Source: Bugula neritina
Taxonomy: Eukaryota > Animalia > Bryozoa
Assembly (NCBI GenBank): GCA_964035545.1
Contig: OZ037769.1
Span: forward strand, 17,142,633-17,206,632
Direction: 5' to 3'
DNA: 64,000 nt
Notes under the pieces: generated by a model
What the model saw: the letters and a program-made list of their open reading frames with translations, nothing else
Databases searched by the model: none
What the model was told of the DNA's origin: nothing
Shown here: positions 23,728 through 35,800 of the stretch, one piece after another
Position numbering within the stretch: the stretch's first letter is position 1
How the letters are laid out: each line of letters opens with the position of its first letter
Position numbers and translations under genes: made by a program

Positions 23728-26700
23728 ATGGCTAATTTTCACAATCGTAGTGGTGGTAGTAGTGCCCAGCCGCTTGATACAATGCTGGACACAATAAATA
23801 TTCACCTCAATAACCCTCATGGTCAGACCCAGCATCAGCCTGTTCAGATTGATATTGAACAGCCAGAGAGAATTGACCCCAGTCGTGTAGTGACAGCTCA
23901 ATCATACAGAGGTATAGCATTTAGCATAGTAGTTTGTCAGTTACTAAGTTGCTAAAGCACATCATTATAACATATTGATGCTGAAATAAAAATAAAATCA
24001 AGTTCAATGTGGATATCAACAACTTGAACTACAAATGTCAATGATTAATGATTTAATCATTGATTATGAACATTTACTGATTTAGTTTTACATATGCACC
24101 ATCATTACGATTTAGATTATGATTAACCCAAACTGAAACTAAGTCCCAGTCCGATTGAGTTTAACATAGTGCTGATAAATATAAAAATTGTAAAAGTTAT
24201 AATATAACTCCTATTCTATGAGTATAACTATAACTATAAGTATTGATTCAATTGTAATAGTAATAGTAATACTAATAGTAATGCAAATAGTAATTGCTAG
24301 TAGTAGTAGACATTACTAGTCTTATACGTTATAGTTACCCTAATACTAAATGGCAAGTGTGTTTTACTAATTTATGTTTATTGTTTATTAGGTTTATTTT
24401 ATCTCACTAACAATCTGGTCTGGTTTTACTAAAACATATAGTCTGCACGTGTCATACTTGTTTATTAACACATTTGCTGAACGTCTTATCGGGATTTTTT
24501 TTAATTTATTTAAAGACTTCTTATGAAAAACTAAAAATATTACCATGCGAAAAAAGTCTTATTTATCTTATATAATCAGTCAATATCTCAAGTTTGATAT
24601 TAGCGATCGAATAACTTTTACAAGCAGTATTTGGTGTTTATTATCTATTCATACATTAACTTATATTTGACTGCTTTGTGCTGCTAGAAGGTGAGGTGTC
24701 TTTGACCATAGAACCAGAAACGTCTTCTTCTGCAAGCACCAACCAATCACACGGCCACACACATGCTGAGTCCAGCGACCCTCAGCCGTTGGCTATTCTC
24801 ATGCCGTACATTGCCAAGTTTGGCATATTCGTTCTCATCCTACTGCTGAAACTTCTCTACTCTCACAGATACGGTATACTTTTTTCAATGATGAACTCTT
24901 CAATTTTGCGTAGAGTTTTGCTTTGAACTTTTGAGACCTTTAGAATTTTTCATGATATGTTTTGTTTTTTTTTTCAATTCGCCGTTCCTGCAGATGTTCA
25001 CTGCAGACTTTCACTGCCGATGTTTACTGCAGATGTTTACTGCAGATGTTGAATCAACTGTTTGTACTGTTTAGGGTTGCTGATAATCATATGTACGGTG
25101 GGCACCTGGTTTCACGCCAACAACACTCTAACTACACAGATCACTCTCCGAGTAAGAAAACTCCTGTTTCCTTCTGTATAACCTATGACATGCTTGTTTA
25201 CTCTAACCTTCCTTCTGTATAACCTATGACATGCTTGTTTACTCTAACCTTTCTTCTGTATAACCTATGACATGCTTGTTTACTCTAAGCTTCCTGTGTA
25301 TAACCTATGACATGCTTGTTTACTCTAAGCTTCCTGTGTATAACCTATGACATGCTTGTTTACTCTAAGCTTCCTTCTGTATAACCTATGACATGCTTGT
25401 TTACTCTAAGCTTCCTTCTGTATAACCTGTGACATGCTTGTTTACTCTAACCTTCCTTCTGTATAACCTGTGACATGCTTGTTTACTCTAACCTTCCTTC
25501 TGTATAACCTATGACATGCTTGTTTACTCTAAGCTTCCTGTGTATAACCTATGACATGCTTGTTTACTCTAAGCTTCCTTCTGTATAACCTATGACATGC
25601 TTGTTTACTCTAACCTTCCTTCTGTATAACCTATGACATGCTTGTTTACTCTAAGCTTCCTCTGTATAACCTGTGACATGCTTGTTTACTCTAAGCTTCC
25701 TGTGTATAACCTATGACATGCTTGTTTACTCTAAGCTTCCTGTGTATAACCTGTGACACGCTTGTTTACTCTAACCTTCCTTCTGTATAACCTGTGACAT
25801 GCTTGTTTACTCTAAGCTTCCTGTGTATAACCTGTGACACGCTTGTTTACTCTAACCTTCCTTCTGTATAACCTGTGACATGCTTGTTTACTCTAAGCTT
25901 CCTTCTGTATAACCTATGACATGCTTGTTTACTCTAACCTTCCTTCTGTATAACCTATGACATGCTTGTTTACTCTAACCTTCCTTCTGTATAACCTATG
26001 ACATGCTTGTTTACTCTAAGCTTCCTGTGTATAACCTGTGACACGCTTGTTTACTCTAACCTTCCTTCTGTATAACCTATGACATGCTTGTTTACTCTAA
26101 GCTTCCTTCTGTATAACCTATGACATGCTTGTTTACTCTAAGCTTCCTGTGTATAACCTATGACATGCTTGTTTACTCTAAGCTTCCTTCTGTATAACCT
26201 ATGACATGCTTGTTTACTCTAACCTTTCTTCTGTATAACCTGTGACATGCTTGTTTACTCTAAGCTTCCTTCTGTATAACCTGTGACATGCTTGTTTACT
26301 CTAAGCTTCCTGTGTATAACCTATGACATGCTTGTTTACTCTAAGCTTCCTCTGTATAACCTGTGACATGCTTGTTTACTCTAACCTTCCTTCTGTATAA
26401 CCTGTGACATGCTTGTTTACTCTAACCTTCCTTCTGTATAACCTATGACATGCTTGTTTACTCTAACCTTCCTGTGTATAACCTGTGACATGCTTGTTTA
26501 CTCTAAGCTTCCTCTGTATAACCTATGACATGCTTGTTTACTCTAACCTTCCTTCTGTATAACCTGTGACATGCTTGTTTACTCTAACCTTCCTTCTGTA
26601 TAACCTATGACATGCTTGTTTACTCTAACCTTCCTTCTGTATAACCTGTGACATGCTTGTTTACTCTAACCTTCCTGTGTATAACCTGTGACATGCTTGT

Positions 26701-29211
26701 TTACTCTAACCTTCCTTCTGTATAACCTGTGACATGCTTGTTTACTCTAACCTTCCTTCTGTATAACCTGTGACATGCTTGTTTACTCTAACCTTCCTTC
26801 TGTATAACCTATGACATGCTTGTTTACTCTAACCTTCCTTCTGTATAACCTGTGACATGCTTGTTTACTCTAACCTTCCTGTGTATAACCTATGACATGC
26901 TTGTTTACTCTAACCTTCCTTCTGTATAACCTATGACATGCTTGTTTACTCTAACCTTCCTTCTGTATAACCTGTGACATGCTTGTTTACTCTAACCTTC
27001 CTTCTGTATAACCTATGACATGCTTGTTTACTCTAACCTTCCTTCTGTATAACCTGTGACATGCTTGTTTACTCTAACCTTCCTTCTGTATAACCTATGA
27101 CATGCTTGTTTACTCTAACCTTCCTTCTGTATAACCTATGACATGCTTGTTTACTCTAAGCTTCCTTCTGTATAACCTATGACATGCTTGTTTACTCTAA
27201 GCTTCCTGTGTATAACCTATGACATGCTTGTTTACTCTAACCTTCCTTCTGTATAACCTGTGACATGCTTGTTTACTCTAACCTTCCTTCTGTATAACCT
27301 ATGACATGCTTGTTTACTCTAACCTTCCTTCTGTATAACCTATGACATGCTTGTTTACTCTAATATAATAATATGTTTTTATTGCTGATAACTGGAAGCT
27401 GTGTTGACCCCCGCTGCCTCTGCTTTAGGGTCACTCTCGACACAAGCTGTTTGTCAGCAAACTCTGCTGGATCATCGTCTTCCTCGGGTGTAATCTGTTC
27501 GGTATTTATTACTTCCTGGACAATGACGACCTGCTCTTCAACAGGTGAGTTTAGTGTGCGACCTGCTCATCAACAGGTACACAAACAGTACATATCTCAG
27601 GCTAAGGCCAGTATATAGAGTGTAGAGAGAAAGACTGTGCTCTTGTTACAGGTTGATGCTGAGAACTAGGGGGTTAGAAAAAGGGGTGGATATCTGGATC
27701 CTCCTCTGGATTCTCATAATCAATGACTATGCAGTGAAATACTCCACTATTATTATCAAATCTCTTCTAACTCTCGTGCCAAAGAGGTTCATTTCCTACC
27801 AACTGAAGGTATGTTGTATTTATATACTTACACTTACCTTGTATGTATATACTTACCTTGTATTTATATATTTACCTTGTATTTATATACTTACACTTAC
27901 CTTGTATTTATATACTTACACTTACCTTGTATTTATATACTTACACTTACCTTGTATTTATATACTTACCTTGTATTTATATACTTATACTTACCTTGTA
28001 TTTATATACTTACACTTACCTTGTATTTATATACTTACACTTACCTTGTATTTATATACTTACCTTGTATTTATATACTTATACTTACCTTGTATTTATA
28101 TACTTACACTTACCTTGTATTTATATACTTACCTTGTATTTATATACTTACACTTACCTTGTATTTATATACTTACACTTACCTTGTATTTATATACTTA
28201 CACTTACCTTGTATTTATATACTTACACTTACCTTGTATTTATATACTTGCACTTACCTTGTATTTATATACTTACACTCATTCTATGAGAAGTTATCTG
28301 TTCCTTGTCTATGTCTATAATCATGATGTGTGTATGAATCATTGTAGGGAAGTTTATACAGCTCGTTGGAGAGACTGACGATGCTATATAGGTCACTGTT
28401 ACCCATAGTTCCCTGGTACTACTTCCTGTTTTCATCGGATGGCCCGTGGTTCTCGGCCGTGCTCTTTGTCTTGTATATTGTAGCCAAGGTGAGCTCTTTG
28501 TCTTGTATATTGTAGCCAAGGTGAGCTCTTTGTCTTGTATATTGTAGCCAAGGTGAGCTCTTTGTCTTGTATATTGTAGCCAAGGTGAGCTCTCTGTCTT
28601 GTATATTGTATCCAAGGTGGGTTTTGGTGTATATATCTCACCTGTAGCTCACCTGTCTCACATCTATATTTCTCCTGTAGTTCCTGGACCTGTACAAGCA
28701 GCTGAAACCCCTAAAGACCTCCCTGCTCAGACTATTTACTAACAGTGTGAGTATATCTGTATGTTATTGTCTCCCCTGTCAGTTGATTCTGTTGTATATT
28801 ATTGTAATAGTACAGTATTGTAACATACTTCTGCAGAGTTCATATGGCCGGAAGCCCACCACCAGCGAACTAGAGGACTCAGAGGGTATCTGCCCCGTCT
28901 GTCATGAAGACTACAGCGACCCCCTCATCTTAGGGTGTAACGTACGTCTCCTATTCACTCCGCTTACATAGCTTTCACTATGTCACTCTAGTTTACATGC
29001 TAGTTATATCACTGAGCTATGCTTTAACATGATGCATTCTAGTATATTGTGTATTGATTCGTTTCTCTCTCTGTAGCATGTGTTTTGTGAAGAGTGTGTA
29101 CTCATATGGTTTGACAAAGAGACGTCTTGTCCTATGTGCAGAACTAAAATTATCACAGAAGACAACAGTTTCAGAGATGGATCCAGCTGCGGGGGTGTTC
29201 ATTTCTTCTAA
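23728..29211 (+). CDS. RNFT2: RING finger and transmembrane domain protein (RNFT1/RNFT2 family), multi-exon
   Basis: Transmembrane exons (LWILIINDYAVKY, LYRSLLPIVPW) and C-terminal RING CPVCHEDYSDPLILGCNHVFCEECVLIWFDKETSCPMCR followed by FRDGS. RNFT1 versus RNFT2 is not resolvable. Confidence 0.85.
25168..27362. repeat. 40/41-bp minisatellite (~53 copies), RNFT intron
   Basis: Unit TATAACCTRTGACATGCTTGTTTACTCTAASCTTCCTTCTG. Confidence 0.97.
27814..28278. repeat. 20-26-bp minisatellite TTGTATTTATATACTTACACTTACC, RNFT intron
   Basis: Direct reading of the sequence. Confidence 0.93.
28461..28620 (+). repeat. 32-bp repeat x5 spanning an RNFT exon/intron donor junction
   Basis: Unit GCTCTTTGTCTTGTATATTGTAGCCAAG|GTGA; the first copy is coding. 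Confidence 0.93.
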
Positions 29212-29867
29212 TATTTTAATTCTGTCCACTTTTTGTGTTTATATAATTTATTTTTATGTATTTTTATAAACTTTATTTCATGTATAGAATGCAATAAACC
29301 TATTATGCCTTATTGTTATACTGATTATTCAAATCTTTAATTTTTTATTTCAAAATAAATATCTTGCAACGACTTTCTAGCTATTAACTGCAATCTTTAC
29401 AATGTTTACAATATTTTGCTGGCTTCCACAAGTGGTTGGTTCATATTTAATATGATCAGAAGGATAGTTATATTACTCTACTAGCTATGATCACAGCAAT
29501 AAAATCTATTGTGTGAGCGATTGTTTGCTAATCATTTATAGTAGATAAAAATTAATCAATTCATTGCAACACTTTTTGGTTTGATGGATGGGAGAGGTGT
29601 TGTAATGTTCCCAATGTCGTTGAAATACTATCTTCTAGTAACGTTGTTTACCCAGTTTGGATTTGCATGCCCTGTTTGAAATAAAATCAGTAATAAAGTT
29701 GCCACACTAGTAAAAAAGTTGAGCTACTTGATGAATAATCCCGATATCTTAAGTGTCGTATTTATTGGCTATATAGCTTATAAGTTTCATAAATCATCCG
29801 CCCCTATTACAAATGCGTATAATTCAATAGTCATCGAGAGATCAAAGGCTTTTGACACGGAGAGAAC

Positions 29868-32800
29868 ATGGCAGATGTTGGCATGGAGAAAAAAGTAGAA
29901 GACCTGACTTTAAACAATTCAAAGGCATGATTTTGTCTATGTTGTTAAGTCTTTGTTTTCTTGATGACGCTGATAATCAATTTTCTGAAAGTTCTAAATG
30001 CTGGTAGACGTATTTCGACCTTAAGCCTGTCCACTTTTACAAAAATGGTTTGTCTTAAGTTGACCTTGAATGCATAGTGATAGCTTTTTCATTGAACTAA
30101 TCATAATGATGATAGTTATCGATGCTTAACGCCCGGAGGTTTCACGTAATATTGCATCAGCTTTTTTTCACTAGTGAAATTTCATATCGTGCATTTCATC
30201 ATTTTTTCTTCAAATAATACATATTCATTTTCTATTTCTAAATTCAGTCAAACTAAATCAATTACCTTTAAGTTAATTGCCTTGAAGTTAATCTCAATCT
30301 AGACTTAAGTTTCAGTTTGTCTTGTGATCGTCTGAATCATATTCATTGGGATAAAATCACCTAGTATTAGTGATTAAGTAATCATAAAAATAAAATCAAC
30401 TCATTCTAAATGAAAATGTATGAAGTTCATCCTGATTCTTGTTTAGAAAACAGCAGCGTGAGTGTTGTATCTCAATCTGAGTGTTACTGTTAGTTTTGCT
30501 ATCATTATGATTCATGACCATCTTGAAATATATTAGTATCAGCCTTGGGTTATCTAAATTTTGAATTCAATCCACTGCTGTTAGGCTCAATTGAATCATT
30601 TTAAGTGCATAGCCATATGGCATCAACATTAAATTGCTATAAATATAACTCCATTTAAAGGCTAGAAATACAATTATTAAATTTAGTATTTTAAAATAAT
30701 GTCATTTGATTGTAGCTGTTAATTAATTAATTATGTTGATATTTAATATTCATGTAATATTTATACTGATTTTGGTATTAACTTATTTTAATATCACTTC
30801 AACTTATAGTTGTAGTTCAACTGATTACAGTAAAACTAAATGAAAATACTGGTGTTTTTATGAATTTATTAATAAAGGGCCGTGCCTCTCACTATTCTGG
30901 CCACAGGGTTTGGGGACTTTTCTTGCGACACCGGAAAAATTAAAATTTTCTTGACATCACCAGTGGCAGGGACTAGAACCCATGACCCGTGCCATAATAT
31001 ACAGTCCGTCATTGCACTGGGTATAACTTTATTGTAGCTCTTGATGAACTTTATTTGCTAAAACTGAAATAACCTCTGGAGCTTTCTACTCAACTTAATG
31101 AGCCATATATCAACTTTTTTTTAAAATAATTTTTATTTTGAGTTTTTATAACTTCATTTCAATCTCCATAATCATAGAATTGTTGGATTATTTTTGATTC
31201 TATCTTGAAATGTTGAATTTTTAAAATAAGTTAGTAGTAATCTCTGTGATTTTATTGTTGGTGAAGTGATTAACTGAATGGTACAAATAGTTTCTTTCGT
31301 GCCAGTCTTGAACTGCTAACCTTTGACCTATACTCCCTACTTGTCACTTTAATAGTACAAACTTATTTTAGTCTGCAGGTAAAAAGTCTAAAGGAAAAGG
31401 AGACTCAGCTGGTTCGTCATTAAAGGAAGTGAGTATAACTCTGCTATAACCAATCAGGGCTTGTATTTAACTAACTGCCTTTACATACTGTATCTATTAG
31501 CTAGAGGGTATCAGGAGTTGTGTGCTCCTACATCCAGTATTTACCTCACCATAACTGCTGTGTGTAATTCTCCAGTTGAACCCATGGCCACAGTACATAC
31601 ATGATCGTATCGCTCTGTTTGATGAGCTACACGCAGCTTACAAGGACAAAGTAGCGTCATACCCAAGGTCACCCATCAAGGTCACTCTACCCGATGGCAA
31701 GGTCGTTGAGGGGACGTCATGGGAAACAACTCCCTATGAAGTAGCCAGAGGCATCAGGTAATATTGTTATAGTATCAGCATGGAATCCTCACTATTAGCT
31801 GTAGTGAGACTCACTACTAGTTAGAGTGAGTCTCACTACTAGTTAAAGTAAAACCCATTACTAGTTGGAGTGAGACTCACTACTAGTTAGAGTAAGACTT
31901 ACTGTGACTTTGAGTCCGTTGGTTTGTAGTCAGGGTCTAGCTGACAACACGGTAGTTGCTAAAGTGAACGGGGTGTTGTGGGATCTAGACCGTCCCCTAG
32001 AAGCCGACACGGAGCTGAAGCTACTCAAGTTTGACGACGAGGAAGGAGAGTATGTGTTCAGACACTCGACGGCTCATATGCTCGGTGAGTGGCTACCTCT
32101 CCAGTGACGTGAATATACACCTGCACTAACCTGCACTAACCTGCACTAGTATCCACTAACCTGCACTAGTCTGCACTAGCCTGCACTAACCTGCACTAAC
32201 CTGCCAGTTGTAATGTTGCAGGTGAAGCTATGGAGAGATGCTATGGCGGTTGTCTGTGTTACGGTCCACCAGTGGAGGGCGGCTTTTACTACGACATGTT
32301 CTACGACAAAGGGTTAGTTTGTCTCTGTATACTGTAGCTCAGTTTCACACAACTCTGTACACTGTAGCTCAGTTTCACACAACTCCGTACACTGTAGCTC
32401 AGTTTCACACAACTCTGTACACTGTAGCTCAGTTTCACACAACTCCGTACATTGTAGCTCAGTTTCACACAACTCTGTACACTGTAGCTCAGTTTCACAC
32501 AACTCTGTATACTGTAGCTCAGTTTCACACAACTCTGTACACTGTAGCTCAGTTTCACACAACTCTGTACACTGTAGCTCAGTTTCACACAACTCTGTAC
32601 ACTGTAGCTCAGTTTCACACAACTCTGTACACTGTAGCTCAGTTTCACACAACTCTGTACACTGTAGCTCAGTTTCATACAACTCTGTACACTGTAGCTC
32701 AGTTTCACACAACTCTGTACACTGTAGCTCAGTTTCATACAACTCTGTACACTGTAGCTCAGTTTCACACAACTCTGTACACTGTAGCTCAGTTTCACAG

Positions 32801-35800
32801 ACCGATTACCCTGCCCTAGAGAATGTCATGAAATCCATAGCAAAAGAAAAGCAGGAGTTTATCCGTCTGGAGATGACGAAAGCTGATCTACTAAAGATGT
32901 TTGAGGTTTGTGTTGGTGTATTGTATAGTATAGTGTATAGTATAGTATAGTGTAGTATAGTATAGTGTAGTGTATAGTATAATGTAGTGTAGTATAGTGT
33001 AGTGTATATAATATAGTATAGTATAGTGTATAGTATAGTGAATATAGTGTAGTATAGTATAGTGTATAGTATATAGTATAGTGTATAGTATAGTGTATAG
33101 TATAGTGTAGTATAGTATATAGTATAATGTATAGTATAGTGTAGTATAGTGTAGTATAGTATAGTGTATAGTATATAGTATAGTGTATAGTATAGTGTAT
33201 AGTATAGTGTATAGTATAGTGTATAGTATAGTGTAGTATAGTGTATAGTATAGTGTAGTATAGTATAATGTATAGTATAGTGTAGTATAGTGTAGTATAG
33301 TATAGTGTATAGTATAGTATATAGTATAGTATAGTGTATAGTATAGTGTAGTGTATAGTATAGTGTATAGTATAGTATAGTGTATAGTATAGTGTATAGT
33401 ATAGTGTAGTATAGTGTATAGTATAGTGTAGTGTATAGTGTAGTGTATAGTATAGTATATAGTATAGTATAGTGTATAGTATAGTATATAGTATAGTATA
33501 GTGTATAGTATAGTGTATAGTATAGTGTAGTATAGTGTATAGTATAGTGTAGTGTATAGTGTAGTGTATAGTATAGTATATAGTATAGTATAGTGTATAG
33601 TATAGTATATAGTATAGTATAGTGTATAGTATAGTGTATAGTATAGTGTAGTATAGTGTATAGTATAGTGTAGTGTATAGTGTAGTGTATAGTATAGTAA
33701 AGTATAGTATATAGAATAGGATAGTGTATAGTATAGTGTATAGTAGTATAGTATAGTGTAGTATAGTATAGTAAAGTATAGTGTATAGAATAGGATAGTA
33801 ACATAGTATTATATTGTGTTTTAGTATAATGAATTCAAGAAGAGGATTATCAACGAGAGGATAGACACCCCCACCACCACTGTCTACAGATGTGGGCCTC
33901 TCATTGATCTCTGCAGAGGGCCACACGTCAGACACACCGGCAAGGTCAAGGCCTTTGCCGTCACCAAGGTGAGACAACTAGACAAGATATCCTGGGTGTG
34001 GCTCAGCTTCACTAACTTTTCTGACCAAGAAACAGATTTGAACATTTACTGAGCCATTGTTGAAGTGTAGCTCAGTACAATGCTCTATTGTAGTTTACTG
34101 TAATGTAGTGTAATGTACTGTATTGTGATGTGCTGTATTCACTACTTGATATTATACTGTAAGCTAGTCTTTTGTCAACCAAACAATTATGTGCTTTTCA
34201 TTTGCTGCATGCAATATAACTATGCTATGTTATTACTACTATGATATACTATATTATACTATACTATACTATACTATACTATACTACACTTTACTATGAT
34301 ATACTATACTATACTACACTATATTATACTATACTATATACTCGACTATCTATACTACATTATACTATACTATACTACACTATGTTATACTATACTATGC
34401 TATCATAAACTATGAAGGTGTGTGTTTGCTATACTATTATGACCGTGGCTATGTATTACGTAATGTCCCTGTACTCAAATACTGATGGTGAAATACTCAA
34501 CTACTGATGATGAAATACTCAACTACTGATGATGAAATACGTTGTTCTCATAGAATTCTGCCACCTACTGGGAGGGCAACTCCGAGGCCGAATCCTTACA
34601 GAGAATATACGGAATCTCTTTCCCGGATGCCAAGCAGATGAAGGAGTGGAAATACCTACAGGAGGAGGCAGCTAAGAGAGACCACAGGAAGATCGGACGG
34701 GTGTGTCACTAGTTTGTGTGTGTGATGTCACTAGTTTGTGTGTGTGATGTCACTGGTATTGTGTGTGTGATGTCACTAGTTTCTGTGTGTGATGTCAGGA
34801 ATACTGTATGTGATGTCACGGATATTGTGTGTCATGTCAGTAATACTGTGTGTGATGTCATGGGTATTGTGTGTAATATACATTCACAGGGTGAATTGTC
34901 ACATTGCAGGAACAAGAGCTGTTTTTCTTCCACGAGTTGAGTCCGGGTTCGTGTTTCTTCCTGCCCCGGGGAGCTCACATCTACAACAAGCTCACCGAGT
35001 TTATCAAGGTTTGTTACTTCCACTGCACACCCGTCTCCTCCTAGTAGCCTATTCTGGTGACGTTCTCTTGATTTCAACATAGAAAAATGGCAAGAGACAT
35101 GGTTTATTAGCTGCTGAGCTGCGCTCTTTGTAGAAAGAGTACAGAAAGAGAGGTTTCCAGGAGGTGCTCACCCCGAACATCTACAACACTAAACTGTGGG
35201 AGACTTCGGGCCACTGGCAACATTACGCAGAGAATATGTTCTCTTTTGATTGTGAGAAACAGAAGTATGCCTTGAAACCCATGAACTGTCCCGGCCACTG
35301 GTGAGTGATTGATAGTCAGTGAGTGATAGTCAGTCAGTGAGTGATAGTCAGTGGGAGAGTGAGTGATAGTCAGTGAGCGAGTGTTAGTCAGTGAGTGAGT
35401 CAGTGAGTGATAGTCAGTGAGTGAGTGAGTGACTCAGCGTTGGAGTGATGTTTGTATTACTGATGACAGAGTTGTATTATTTAGTCTAATGTTTGTATTA
35501 CTGATGACAGAGTTGTATTATTTAGTCTAATGTTTGTATTACTGATGACAGAGTTGTATTATTTAGTCTAATGTTTGTATTACTGATGACAGAGTTGTAT
35601 TATTTAGTCTAATGTTTGTATTACTGATGACAGAGTTGTATTATTTAGTCTAATGTTTGTATTACTGATGACAGAGTTGTATTATTTAGTCTAATGTTTG
35701 TATTACTGATGACAGAGTTGTATTATTTAGTCTAATGTTTGCCAACCGCGTCCGCTCTTGGAGGGAACTTCCCCTCAGACTTGCAGACTTTGGAGTTCTC

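Noticed and set aside
25168-27362. CRISPR-like regular array
   Set aside because: Head-to-tail units with no unique spacers, no cas genes, and eukaryotic intron context.
32806-33977. Tyr/Thr/Ile-rich 330-370 aa minus-strand ORFs (similar ones at 27653-28378, 36532-37479, 56152-56842)
   Set aside because: Low-complexity intronic repeats.
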